Part shown: one piece after another, positions 31,811 to 39,894 of the stretch
Layout of the letters: each line of letters begins with the position of its first letter
Position numbering within the stretch: position 1 is the first letter of the stretch
Source of the DNA: Myxococcales bacterium
Lineage (GTDB): Bacteria > Myxococcota > Myxococcia > Myxococcales > 40CM-4-68-19
Reading direction: 5' to 3'
DNA length: 56,525 nt
NCBI GenBank assembly: GCA_045802855.1
Contig: JBJMQD010000095.1
Span: forward strand, 1-56,525
Made by a program: the position numbers and the translations under genes
The notes under the pieces: generated by a model
Told to the model about the DNA's origin: nothing
What the model saw: only the letters and a program-made list of their open reading frames with translations
Databases searched by the model: none

Positions 31811-33066
31811 GCGCGCGGCACGACACGACGGGCGGCGGCGCGGGCGAGCCCCATCTCGGGTTCGTCCTGCCGGAGGCGCGGCCGATCGGAAAGAAGCGCA
31901 TCCTGGTAGCGGCGGTGATCCTGTTCGTCTTCCTGGTCGTCGCATTCGCCTGGGGCTACCTCCCGCGGCGTGAACAGCGCACCGCGCTCGCGTCCTCCGC
32001 GGAGTCGTCGCAGCACGCCGCTTTGCGGGTGGAGGTGACGACCCCGAAGGCGGGCGCGAGCGACAAGGCGCTCGAGCTTCCCGCGACCGTCCAGCCGCTC
32101 CAGGCGACGATGCTGCTCGCTCGCGCGAGCGGTTACGTGAGCGCGTGGCACGCGGACATCGGAGATCGGGTGAAGGCAGGTCAGCTCCTCGCCGAGATCG
32201 AGACGCCGGAGCTCGATCAGGAGCTCATGCAGGCCCGCGCGCAGCTTCTCCAGGCCCGCGCCTCGCTCACCCAGGCGAAGGCGAATCGCAATCTGGCGAA
32301 GGCCAACCTGGGACGGGCGCGGTCGCTTGCGCCCAACGGTTTCTTGTCCAAGGCCGAACTGGAGCAGAACGAGGCGCAGGCCGAAGTGGGCGAGGCCAAC
32401 GTCAAGGTCGCCGAGGCGAATGTCGCCGCGCAGCAGGCCAATATCCGCCGGCTCGAGCAGCTGAAGGACTTCTCGCGCGTGACCGCGCCGTTCGCCGGTA
32501 CAGTCACGCAGCGCCTGGTCGAGGTGGGCGCGCTCGTGACGACCGGAAATGGCCAGCCGCTCTTCCGCCTCGCGGCGACCGATCCGGCTCGCGTCTTCGT
32601 CCAGGTGCCGCAGGACGTCGCCCCTTCGGTCCGCGCCGGCGTCACCGCGAACGTCGTGGTGCGCGAGTATCCCGGCCGCACGTTCTCGGGGAAGGTGATG
32701 CGCGCCGCCGAGGAGCTCGATCAGGCGACGCGCTCGATGAACACCGAGATTCGCGTCCCCAACGCCGACGGCGCGCTCCTCCCGGGCATGTACGCCGAGG
32801 TTGCGCTCACGCTTCCCGCCACCCACCGCGTGCTCGAGCTTCCCGCGACGGCCCTCCTCAACGACTCCCGCGGCCAGCACGTGGCGGTGGTCGATGCGCA
32901 GAGCAAGCTGCATCTCGTTCCGGTCGTGATCGAGCGCGACAACGGCGCGACCATCGACATCTCGAGCGGGCTTTCGGGGACCGAAAAAGTGGTGAAGATC
33001 GGCAGCGCGGCATTCGTGGACGGAATGCCGGTCGAGGTCACGACGCCCCAGGCAGAGCGGCGCTGA
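31807..33066 (+). CDS. RND periplasmic adaptor (membrane fusion protein, HlyD-like).
   Basis: This is the C-terminal 419 aa of ORF 28627..33066. GTG 31807 overlaps the pump stop (GTGA). It has a TM anchor (ILVAAVILFVFLVVAFAWG), a lipoyl-like region (GYVSAWHADIGDRVKAGQLLAEIETPEL), a coiled coil and a beta-barrel. Confidence 0.85.
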   Translation: MSARHDTTGGGAGEPHLGFVLPEARPIGKKRILVAAVILFVFLVVAFAWGYLPRREQRTALASSAESSQHAALRVEVTTPKAGASDKALELPATVQPLQATMLLARASGYVSAWHADIGDRVKAGQLLAEIETPELDQELMQARAQLLQARASLTQAKANRNLAKANLGRARSLAPNGFLSKAELEQNEAQAEVGEANVKVAEANVAAQQANIRRLEQLKDFSRVTAPFAGTVTQRLVEVGALVTTGNGQPLFRLAATDPARVFVQVPQDVAPSVRAGVTANVVVREYPGRTFSGKVMRAAEELDQATRSMNTEIRVPNADGALLPGMYAEVALTLPATHRVLELPATALLNDSRGQHVAVVDAQSKLHLVPVVIERDNGATIDISSGLSGTEKVVKIGSAAFVDGMPVEVTTPQAERR

Positions 33067-33072
33067 AGCGCG

Positions 33073-34065
33073 TCAGTCGTGCCAGCTCTGCAAGAGCCGC
33101 ATGTAGTTCGCGCGCGAGAACACCTGCGGGTCGGGTGAGGGCTCGACGCAGATGCTCGCGCGTACCTCCTCGAGCGAACGGTACCCGTACTGGCCGAGCC
33201 ACCGCTCGATGCCGTCGCGCAGGACGCGCAGGTGACCCGGTCCGTTCTTGAGCAGCGCCGAAACGACCTGCACGGCGGTCGCGCCAGAAAGGACGGCCTT
33301 GACCACGTCGGCGCTCGAGTGCACGCCGCCCGACACCGCCAGATCCACGTTCTGCACGGTCGCGGAAAGGATGGAGAGCCAGCGCAGCCGCAGCGGCAGC
33401 TCCGACGGATCGGATAGCCGCACGTCGCCCGCTCCGCGGTTCGATCCGTTGACGAACGGTTGGTAGAACCGGTTGAAGAGGACGACTCCGTCGATCCCCG
33501 ACGCGTCGAGCTTTTTCACCAGGTCCGGAAGCGAGGAGAAGAAGGGGGACAGTTTCACCGCGAGTGGAATCCCGAGGCCCTTCTTCAGGACCCGGGCGAT
33601 GTCGGTGGTCCGCTGCTCCACCGCGGCGGGCGGCTCGGTGGCGCTGGTGGCGACGAAGAAGACGTTGAGCTCTAGCGCGTCCGCGCCGGCCTGCTCGATG
33701 AGGTGCGCGTACTTCAGCCAGTCGCCCAGGTTGATCCCGTTCAGGGATCCCACCACCGGGACGCGCACCGCCTCCTTGATACGGCGGATGTGCTCCAGGT
33801 ACTCGTCGGGGCCGAGGACGAACTCGTGCACCCTGGGGAAGCAGGAGATGGCGTCGAGGTGCGAGGGGTCGCCGATCTCCATCGAATAGACGGTCCCGAA
33901 CTTCTCGCGACTGATCTGTTCCTCGAACAAGGAGCGCAGGACGATGCACGAGGCCCCGGCATCCTCGAGCCTGCGGACGCCGTCCAGGTCGTCGGAAAGG
34001 GGCGACGCGCCGACGACGAGCGGAGAGGAAAGGTTCAAGCCGAGGTACTTCGTCTCGAGGTCCAT
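33073..34065 (-). CDS. Dihydroorotate-dehydrogenase-like protein (TIM-barrel flavoenzyme fold, non-canonical active-site loop).
   Basis: This is ORF 33073..34233, trimmed to MDLETKYLGLNLSSPLVVGASPLS (ATG 34065). It is 330 aa. ...GADALELNVFFVATSATEP occupies the position where class 1 PyrD has ELNxSCPN. LAVSGGVHSSADVVKAVLSGATAVQV is the FMN-phosphate region. Confidence 0.65.
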   Translation of the reverse strand: MDLETKYLGLNLSSPLVVGASPLSDDLDGVRRLEDAGASCIVLRSLFEEQISREKFGTVYSMEIGDPSHLDAISCFPRVHEFVLGPDEYLEHIRRIKEAVRVPVVGSLNGINLGDWLKYAHLIEQAGADALELNVFFVATSATEPPAAVEQRTTDIARVLKKGLGIPLAVKLSPFFSSLPDLVKKLDASGIDGVVLFNRFYQPFVNGSNRGAGDVRLSDPSELPLRLRWLSILSATVQNVDLAVSGGVHSSADVVKAVLSGATAVQVVSALLKNGPGHLRVLRDGIERWLGQYGYRSLEEVRASICVEPSPDPQVFSRANYMRLLQSWHD

Positions 34066-34114
34066 GCCCGCCTTCCCAGGTGATGTTCGTGCGCGGAAGT
34101 CGGCAAACGGATGA

Positions 34115-34129
34115 GCAAGCAATGTGCCG
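34115..34129 (-). promoter_or_regulatory. Sigma-54 promoter upstream of the DHOD-like gene.
   Basis: The minus strand reads CGGCAC-ATTGC-TTGCT. It is 50 nt upstream of ATG 34065. Confidence 0.6.
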
Positions 34130-34251
34130 GCACACCCGGGACCAGGAAAATCCTGCGTCTCCCCGCATCCCCAGCCGCGATCGCCGCGCAACGCCTGCGC
34201 TGTGCAGGGGGAAGGCGAACGTTTTGCGGGCACCTCGCCGGGCGAGCCGCT

Positions 34252-34899
34252 CTAGTACGGCCTGTAGGGGAGCCGCTCGCGCTTCACCCACTCCTGCACC
34301 GACGGCAACTGCCATTGCGCCTCGGCGAACTTCCGCAGCCGCGCAGGTAGCTCGTACCCGTTCATGTTGAGCCGCTGCAGCATGAATCCGAGGTCCGTGT
34401 CGGCGGCGCTCCACCCGGAACCGAAGAGCGTCGCGCGCGCTTCCGGGACCACCGCCTGCGCGAAGGCGACGAGCCTCCTTGCCGCTTCCTCCGCCGCGGG
34501 CGAGAGCGGCTTCGTCGCTCGCTCGTAGAACATGGTGGTGGTGGGACGCTCCTCGCGGATGGGCATCAGATCGCTGCGCACCCAGGCCATGATCTGCCGG
34601 GCGCGGGCGCGGTCGCGAGCCGTGCCGGGGAGCGCGCGCGGCGTCCCGGGGAAGGCCTCGTCGAGGTATTCGACGATGGCGCTCGATTCGGAAAGGGAGA
34701 AATCGGCGTGCTCGAGCATCGGCACACGGCCGGTGAGCGATCGCTGCTGGTACTCGGCCTTCAGATGCTCCTTGTCGGGAAGCGACGCCGTGCGGACCTC
34801 GAAGGGAAGCTTCTTCTCCTTCAACGTCACGAAGCAGGAGAACGCGTAGGGGCTGATCCAGAACGAGTCCACCCAGAGCCTCAGGGATTCATTCGCCAT
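34252..34899 (-). CDS. Glutathione S-transferase (YfcF-like).
   Basis: LRLWVDSFWISPYAFSCFVTLKEKKLPFEV...GRVPMLEHADFSLSESSAIVEYLDEAFPG is a typical GST N-terminal thioredoxin-like domain, followed by a helical C-terminal domain. Confidence 0.8.
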   Translation of the reverse strand: MANESLRLWVDSFWISPYAFSCFVTLKEKKLPFEVRTASLPDKEHLKAEYQQRSLTGRVPMLEHADFSLSESSAIVEYLDEAFPGTPRALPGTARDRARARQIMAWVRSDLMPIREERPTTTMFYERATKPLSPAAEEAARRLVAFAQAVVPEARATLFGSGWSAADTDLGFMLQRLNMNGYELPARLRKFAEAQWQLPSVQEWVKRERLPYRPY

Positions 34900-34951
34900 G
34901 CGGGCCGCTTACCATCGCGCCGCCGGGCCCGACAATGGCTAGAGTCCCGGT

Positions 34952-35788
34952 GTGGAATCGCAGCGACGAAGGCCGCCCGCCGAGCAGCCGGCGCAGAGCG
35001 CGGACGCGCTCACGCTCGAACAGGTCGAGGCAGTGCTGCGCCGGGCGGTCCAGCTCGAGCAACGCAAGCACGTCCCGGACGCCGCCGGTCTGAGCCGCGA
35101 GGAGCTGACGCGCATCGCGCTCGAGGCCGGGCTTTCTCCCGAGGCGGTAGAGGAGGCGATGCGGGAGCTGCAGGTGGGCGCCCTCTCCGCGGAGCGGAAG
35201 CGCGACCTGCTCGATCGCCTCATCGGACCTGCTTCCACGGTTTCGGCGCGCGTCGTCGATCGCCCGCCGGCCGTCGCCAGGAGCGAGATGCATCGAGTCC
35301 TCAAAGAGGCGCTCCTCGAACAGGTCGATCGGGAAGGCACGCGCAGCATCTGGGTGCCGGAGAGCGGCGCGAGGGCGCACCTCTTACGTGCCGTGCGCCA
35401 CGTGTGGACCGGTCGCAAGGATCTGCGCGACGTCGAGATCGCCTGCGACGTGCGGGCGGCGGACGCCACCGGAACGCGCGCCCTCGTTTCGCTCGAAGCC
35501 CGCATCTCGGGGCGAGGCAAGTACACGGCCACGCCCACCGTGATCGCGGGAGCGGCCGCCGCCGGAACCGTGCTGCTGGGATCGATCGGTCTCGGGGAGC
35601 TCGCCCACCACGCCGCGGAGGCGACGCAGGTGCTCCTCGCCTCGGGGGCGACGGCCGTGCTCGGGACCGGCATCGCCGCGGCGGCTGCTTCCGCCTCTTC
35701 GCGAGCGTGGCGGCAGAAAGTTCGACGGATCCGCGCTTCGCTCGATCGGCTCTTCGACCACGTCGCGGGCGACGATTCCGCGCGCTGA
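34952..35788 (+). CDS. Hypothetical protein with a helical N-terminal region and Ala/Gly-rich C-terminal TM segments.
   Basis: The ORF-track product has plausible coding composition and hydrophobic stretches TPTVIAGAAAAGTVLLGSIGLG and LLASGATAVLGTGIAAAAA. I recognise no family. The GTG start is uncertain. Confidence 0.45.
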   Translation: MESQRRRPPAEQPAQSADALTLEQVEAVLRRAVQLEQRKHVPDAAGLSREELTRIALEAGLSPEAVEEAMRELQVGALSAERKRDLLDRLIGPASTVSARVVDRPPAVARSEMHRVLKEALLEQVDREGTRSIWVPESGARAHLLRAVRHVWTGRKDLRDVEIACDVRAADATGTRALVSLEARISGRGKYTATPTVIAGAAAAGTVLLGSIGLGELAHHAAEATQVLLASGATAVLGTGIAAAAASASSRAWRQKVRRIRASLDRLFDHVAGDDSAR

Positions 35789-35857
35789 GCGCCACGACGC
35801 CGCGCAGCCGGGTGTCTCGCTTGACGTTGTGGTCAACTCCAATCAACATGATGAGAG

Positions 35858-36157
35858 ATGACTAGAAAGAAATCAGTTGCACGGACGCGTTCCGTCACCA
35901 CGAAGGTGGTGACAGCGCACGTCCCGCTGCCGCTCGCGGCGAAGATCGACAGTCTCGCGGCGCGATTGGAGCGGCCCCGCGGTTGGATCGTGAAGCAGGC
36001 GCTGTCCGCCTGGGTCGAAACAGAGGAAGAGCGCCACCGCCTGACGCTCGAGGGATTGGCCGACATCGACGCCGGTCAAGTCATCGATCACCAGGCCGTC
36101 CAGGCGTGGGCCGAGAGCCTCGGTACGAGGAGACCCCGGCCCATCCCGCACCGGTGA
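35858..36157 (+). CDS. parD: Ribbon-helix-helix (CopG/ParD-type) antitoxin.
   Basis: VTAHVPLPLAAKIDSLAARLERPRGWIVKQALSAWVE is an RHH motif. The C-terminus is LEGLADIDAGQVIDHQAVQAWAESL. The stop overlaps the downstream toxin start (GTGA). Confidence 0.7.
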   Translation: MTRKKSVARTRSVTTKVVTAHVPLPLAAKIDSLAARLERPRGWIVKQALSAWVETEEERHRLTLEGLADIDAGQVIDHQAVQAWAESLGTRRPRPIPHR

Positions 36158-36429
36158 AACTTGCCTGGTCCGCAAGGGCTGTCGGGGATCTGGCGCGGCT
36201 TCACGAGTTTCTCGCGCCCGTGGACCCGCAAGCCGCGGCCCAGGTGGTGCAACGCCTGACGGCGGCGGCGAGCCAGCTGCTGGACCAGCCGCGGATCGGG
36301 GAAAGGCTCGAGCAGTACGAACCTCGTGAAGTCCGCCGTCTTTTGGTCGCCAAGTATGAGCTACGATACGAAATCCGAGGCCAGCGCATTTTCATCGTGC
36401 GTATCTGGCACACGCGTGAAGATCGATGA
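36154..36429 (+). CDS. parE: ParE/RelE-family type II toxin.
   Basis: This is the C-terminal 91 aa of ORF 35983..36429, from GTG 36154. The sequence (V)KLAWSARAVGDLARLHEFLAPVDPQAAAQVVQRL...RRLLVAKYELRYEIRGQRIFIVRIWHTRE is a typical ParE. Confidence 0.75.
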   Translation: MKLAWSARAVGDLARLHEFLAPVDPQAAAQVVQRLTAAASQLLDQPRIGERLEQYEPREVRRLLVAKYELRYEIRGQRIFIVRIWHTREDR

Positions 36430-36575
36430 CTGTGGCTTGGCGAAGTGGGCGGAAGATTGAACCGCGTAGACGATTGCGCTTGCGCCCTACTTCGGTTTCG
36501 CCGTCTCCGGCTGCGGCCTGACGGGGCTTCCGTCCGCCACGTCGGTAGCGAGATTCAGCGCGAGCGAGGCTCCTG

Positions 36576-37904
36576 CTATTGCCTCGTCGGCGCCAGGACC
36601 TTCCGCCCCGCGGCGCTGGGAGCAGCCCCGTGGGCGTGGCCACCAAGCGCCACGTACTCGCCGGCCTCGGAACCGCCGAGCGAGTAGGCGACCTCAGAAT
36701 GCTCGGTGAGGTCGAGGCCCGTCACCTCCGCGTCCTCCGACACACGCAGGCCCATCAAGGCATCGAGCACCTTGAGGATGACGAAGGTGGCGATGCTGGC
36801 GAGGGCGACGGTGGCGAGGATCGCGAAGATCTGCGTGAGAAGCTGGTGCGGGTTGCCGTGGAAGAGGCCGTCCGCGCCGTCCGGATTGATCGCCTTCGAA
36901 GCGAAGAGGCCCGTCGCGAGCGCTCCCCAGGTGCCGCCCACGCCGTGGACGCCGACCACGTCCAGCGCGTCGTCGTAGCCGAGCCGCATTTTCAGATTGC
37001 AGGCGTTGAAGCACAGGAAACCCGCGACGGCGCCGATGGCGATCGCGGCGAGTGGCCCTACGTACCCGCAGGCGGGCGTGATGGCGACGAGGCCGGCGAC
37101 GGCGCCCGACGCGGTTCCGAGCACGGTGGGCTTGCCGCGCATCGCCCACTCGCCGAACATCCACGCGAGCGCGGCCGCGGCGGCGGCGGTGTTCGTGGAC
37201 AGGAAAGCCGTCACCGCAAGCTCGTTGGCGCCGAGCGCGCTTCCGGCGTTGAAGCCGAACCAGCCGAACCAGAGGAGGCCCGCCCCCATCACGGTCATGG
37301 GCAGGTTGTGCGGCGGCATCGGCACCTTTCCGAAGCCCTTGCGGTGCCCGACGACCAGGGCGCAGACGAGCGCGGAAGCGCCGGAAGAGAGGTGCACGAC
37401 GGTGCCGCCCGCGAAGTCGAGGGCCCCGATGTTGTGCAGCCAACCGCCGTCGCCCCAGACCCAGTGGGCGAGCGGGTCGTAGACGAAGGTCGCCCAGAGC
37501 AGGCTGAAGACGAGGAAGGTGGAAAACTTTTTCCGCTCGGCGAACGCGCCGGTGATGAGCGCGGGCGTGATCACCGCGAACATCATCTGGAACAGCATGA
37601 ATGCCTGGTGCGGAATGGTCTTCGAGTAGGCCGCGAACGGGGCGGTGCCGACGCCGCGCAGGCCGACCCACTCGAGACCGCCGATGATCCCGCCCTTGTC
37701 GGGGCCGAACGCGAGGCTGTAGCCCCAGAGGACCCACTGGACCGAGATGAGGCAGAGGAGGACGAAGCTGTGCAGCAGCGTCGTCAGGGCGTTCTTGTTG
37801 CGGACCATGCCGCCGTAGAAGAGGGCGAGACCGGGCGCGGTCATGAGCAGCACGAGCGCGGTCGACATCAGGACCCACGCTGTATCGGCCTTGTCGATGG
37901 TCAC
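36576..37904 (-). CDS. amt: Ammonium transporter (Amt family).
   Basis: This is ORF 36576..38240, trimmed to GTG 37904 ((V)[31 protein letters not shown]). AGGAGAA lies 6 nt upstream. The sigma-54 promoter lies inside the longer ORF, so the extension is not coding. Confidence 0.9.
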   Translation of the reverse strand: MTIDKADTAWVLMSTALVLLMTAPGLALFYGGMVRNKNALTTLLHSFVLLCLISVQWVLWGYSLAFGPDKGGIIGGLEWVGLRGVGTAPFAAYSKTIPHQAFMLFQMMFAVITPALITGAFAERKKFSTFLVFSLLWATFVYDPLAHWVWGDGGWLHNIGALDFAGGTVVHLSSGASALVCALVVGHRKGFGKVPMPPHNLPMTVMGAGLLWFGWFGFNAGSALGANELAVTAFLSTNTAAAAAALAWMFGEWAMRGKPTVLGTASGAVAGLVAITPACGYVGPLAAIAIGAVAGFLCFNACNLKMRLGYDDALDVVGVHGVGGTWGALATGLFASKAINPDGADGLFHGNPHQLLTQIFAILATVALASIATFVILKVLDALMGLRVSEDAEVTGLDLTEHSEVAYSLGGSEAGEYVALGGHAHGAAPSAAGRKVLAPTRQ

Positions 37905-37975
37905 TTCGTTTTCTCCTGGATCCGGTTTGCGCGTCGGGAGCGCCCGGGCTTCCCCGGAAACGGCATTGCCGAACT

Positions 37976-37990
37976 GCAATGGAAGTGCCA
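37976..37990 (-). promoter_or_regulatory. Sigma-54 promoter of amt (consensus match).
   Basis: The minus strand reads TGGCAC-TTCCA-TTGCA. The -12 element is 71 nt upstream of the amt GTG. Confidence 0.75.
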
Positions 37991-38069
37991 GCGCCGCCGC
38001 CGCAATGCAAGCCGGACCTCGGAAGGGGGATGCCGGATCCACAAAGATGTTCCGGATCCATGCATTGCC

Positions 38070-38081
38070 GACAATTTCGTC
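38070..38081 (+). promoter_or_regulatory. AT-rich 12-mer GACAATTTCGTC, copy 1. Candidate enhancer/UAS.
   Basis: An exact 12-mer, 79 nt upstream of the amt -24 element. It is repeated in inverted orientation at 38147-38158 and again at 42380-42391. Confidence 0.45.
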
Positions 38082-38146
38082 TGATCCGCGCCGGGGGATG
38101 GTTTCTTCGACGGCGCCGCACGGACCGATCGGTTTTTGCGTCGAAC

Positions 38147-38158
38147 GACGAAATTGTC
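38147..38158 (-). promoter_or_regulatory. AT-rich 12-mer GACAATTTCGTC, copy 2 (inverted).
   Basis: The plus strand reads GACGAAATTGTC, the exact reverse complement of copy 1. It lies in the amt/EBP divergent region, 75 nt upstream of the EBP ATG. Confidence 0.45.
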
Positions 38159-38233
38159 TGGATCGGCAGAAACGATAACAAACCTGTATCACTCGCTTGC
38201 GACGCATCCGGAGGCTCGCTAGAGTGCCTGGCG

Positions 38234-39829
38234 ATGGCAAAGCGCATCGCAGACAGCAGCGCGGAGGCGCGTCGCCTCGCGACCCTGTTCGAGATCAGCC
38301 AGGCGCTCTCCGGAAGGGGCGAGCTGAAGCCTTCCTTGCAGCGCGTCCTGGAGAAGCTCGAGCGCGACCAGGGACTCATCCGCGGCGCCGTGATGCTGCT
38401 CAGCGAGGACACGCGCGACATCCACATCGAGTCCTCGCTCGGGTTCGGCGCCGAGGGACAGTCGGCGCGCTACAAGCTCGGGGAAGGCATCACCGGCAGG
38501 GTGGTCGAGAGCGGGCGACCCATCGTCGTTCCCGTCGTCAGCCGCGAGCCGCTGGTCTTGAACCGCGCCTTCCAGCGCAAGCGCCCGGGTGTTCCGGAAA
38601 CGACATTCGTGTGCGTTCCGATCGTGCTCGACAGAAAGCCGGTCGGCGCGCTCGCGGTGGACCTCGACTACGATCAGGGGCGCGACTACGAGGGGGCGCA
38701 GCGCTTCTTCGCGGTGGTTGCGGGGATGATCGCCCAGGCGCTGCGAGTCGAGCGCACCATCGAAGACGAACGCAAGCGGCTCCTCGACGAGAACATTCAT
38801 CTCAAGAGCGAGCTTCAGGAGCGCTACGATTTCTCCAACATCATCGGCACGAGCGGGCCGATGAGGCAGGCGTACGAGCAGATCGCGCAGGTCTGCCAGA
38901 CGAGCACCACCGTCCTCATCCGTGGCGAGTCGGGCACCGGCAAGGAGCTCATCGCCCATGCCATCCACTACAGCTCGCCCCGCTCGAAGAAGCCGTTCGT
39001 GAAGGTGAGCGTCGCGGCGCTTCCGGACACGCTCGTCGAATCGGAGCTCTTCGGCTACGAAAAAGGCGCCTTCACCGGAGCGCAAAGCCGCAAGCAGGGG
39101 CGCTTCGAGATGGCCGACGGCGGCACTCTCTTCCTCGACGAGGTGGGGGAACTGAACCTCGCCACCCAGGTGAAGCTCCTCCGCGTCCTGCAGGAGCGCG
39201 AGTTCGAGCGCCTGGGCGGGACGGAGACCATCAAGGTCAACGTCCGCGTCGTCGCCGCCACCAACAAGGATCTCGAGTCCGCGATCGCCGCGCGCCAGTT
39301 CCGCGAGGACCTCTACTACCGGCTGAACGTCTTCCCCATCTTCGTGCCGCCGCTGCGCGATCGGAAGCCGGACGTCATGCTCCTCGCCGATCACTTCCTC
39401 TTGAAGTACGCGCGCCAGCACGGCAAGCGCATCAAGCGGATCGCCACGCCGGCGATCGACATGCTGATGAGCTACCACTGGCCGGGCAACGTCCGCGAGC
39501 TGGAGAACTCGATGGAGACCGCGGTGCTGAGCTGCGACGGCAGCGTCATCCACGCCCACCACCTGCCGCCCACCCTGCAGACAGCCGAGGCCTCCGGGAC
39601 GATGATGCAGACCTCGCTCGAAGACGCCGTCGGGCAGTACGAGAAGGACCTCATCCTCGACGCGCTGAAGACGGCGCGCGGGAACCGCGCCCGGGCGGCG
39701 CGCCTGTTGAACAGCACCGAGCGGATCATCAACTACAAGGTGCGCAAGTACCGGATCGATCCGCACCGGTTCCGCGAGGTGACGGCGGCGCCGATCCGCT
39801 TGAGGCCGGCGCTGCCTCGGGGCGGGTAA
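38234..39829 (+). CDS. Sigma-54-dependent transcriptional activator with an N-terminal GAF domain (NifA-like architecture: GAF-AAA+-HTH, no receiver domain).
   Basis: This is ORF 37979..39829, trimmed to [25 protein letters not shown] (ATG 38234). A GAF-like N-terminus is followed by Walker A ([12 protein letters not shown]), GAFTGA ([15 protein letters not shown]), Walker B ([11 protein letters not shown]) and a C-terminal Fis-type HTH ([23 protein letters not shown]). Confidence 0.9.
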   Translation: MAKRIADSSAEARRLATLFEISQALSGRGELKPSLQRVLEKLERDQGLIRGAVMLLSEDTRDIHIESSLGFGAEGQSARYKLGEGITGRVVESGRPIVVPVVSREPLVLNRAFQRKRPGVPETTFVCVPIVLDRKPVGALAVDLDYDQGRDYEGAQRFFAVVAGMIAQALRVERTIEDERKRLLDENIHLKSELQERYDFSNIIGTSGPMRQAYEQIAQVCQTSTTVLIRGESGTGKELIAHAIHYSSPRSKKPFVKVSVAALPDTLVESELFGYEKGAFTGAQSRKQGRFEMADGGTLFLDEVGELNLATQVKLLRVLQEREFERLGGTETIKVNVRVVAATNKDLESAIAARQFREDLYYRLNVFPIFVPPLRDRKPDVMLLADHFLLKYARQHGKRIKRIATPAIDMLMSYHWPGNVRELENSMETAVLSCDGSVIHAHHLPPTLQTAEASGTMMQTSLEDAVGQYEKDLILDALKTARGNRARAARLLNSTERIINYKVRKYRIDPHRFREVTAAPIRLRPALPRGG

Positions 39830-39844
39830 CAAGCCCGCACAACC

Positions 39845-39884
39845 GGGCCGGGAGGCGCGCCGACCCGCGCGCTCCTCCCGGCCC
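39845..39884. terminator. GC-rich hairpin between convergent genes; a possible bidirectional terminator.
   Basis: gggccgggagg (39845-39855) pairs perfectly with cctcccggccc (39874-39884). It lies between the EBP stop (39829) and the porin stop (39895). There is no T tract. Confidence 0.45.
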
Positions 39885-39894
39885 GCCCCCTCCT

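Noticed and set aside
38053-38068. cGGATCCATGCATTGC upstream of the GAF activator gene.
   Set aside because: The spacing is GG-N11-GC, one base too long for a sigma-54 promoter. The GGATCC is better explained as part of the CCGGATCCA direct repeat.
37991-38233. A classical NifA UAS (TGT-N10-ACA) or NtrC site (TGCACC-N5-GGTGCA) in the amt/activator region.
   Set aside because: I checked around each 12-mer. The TGT at 38155-38157 is followed after N10 by AGA rather than ACA, and the other TGT/ACA pairs have the wrong spacing. No NtrC-type dyad was seen. The regulator therefore probably recognises a different site.
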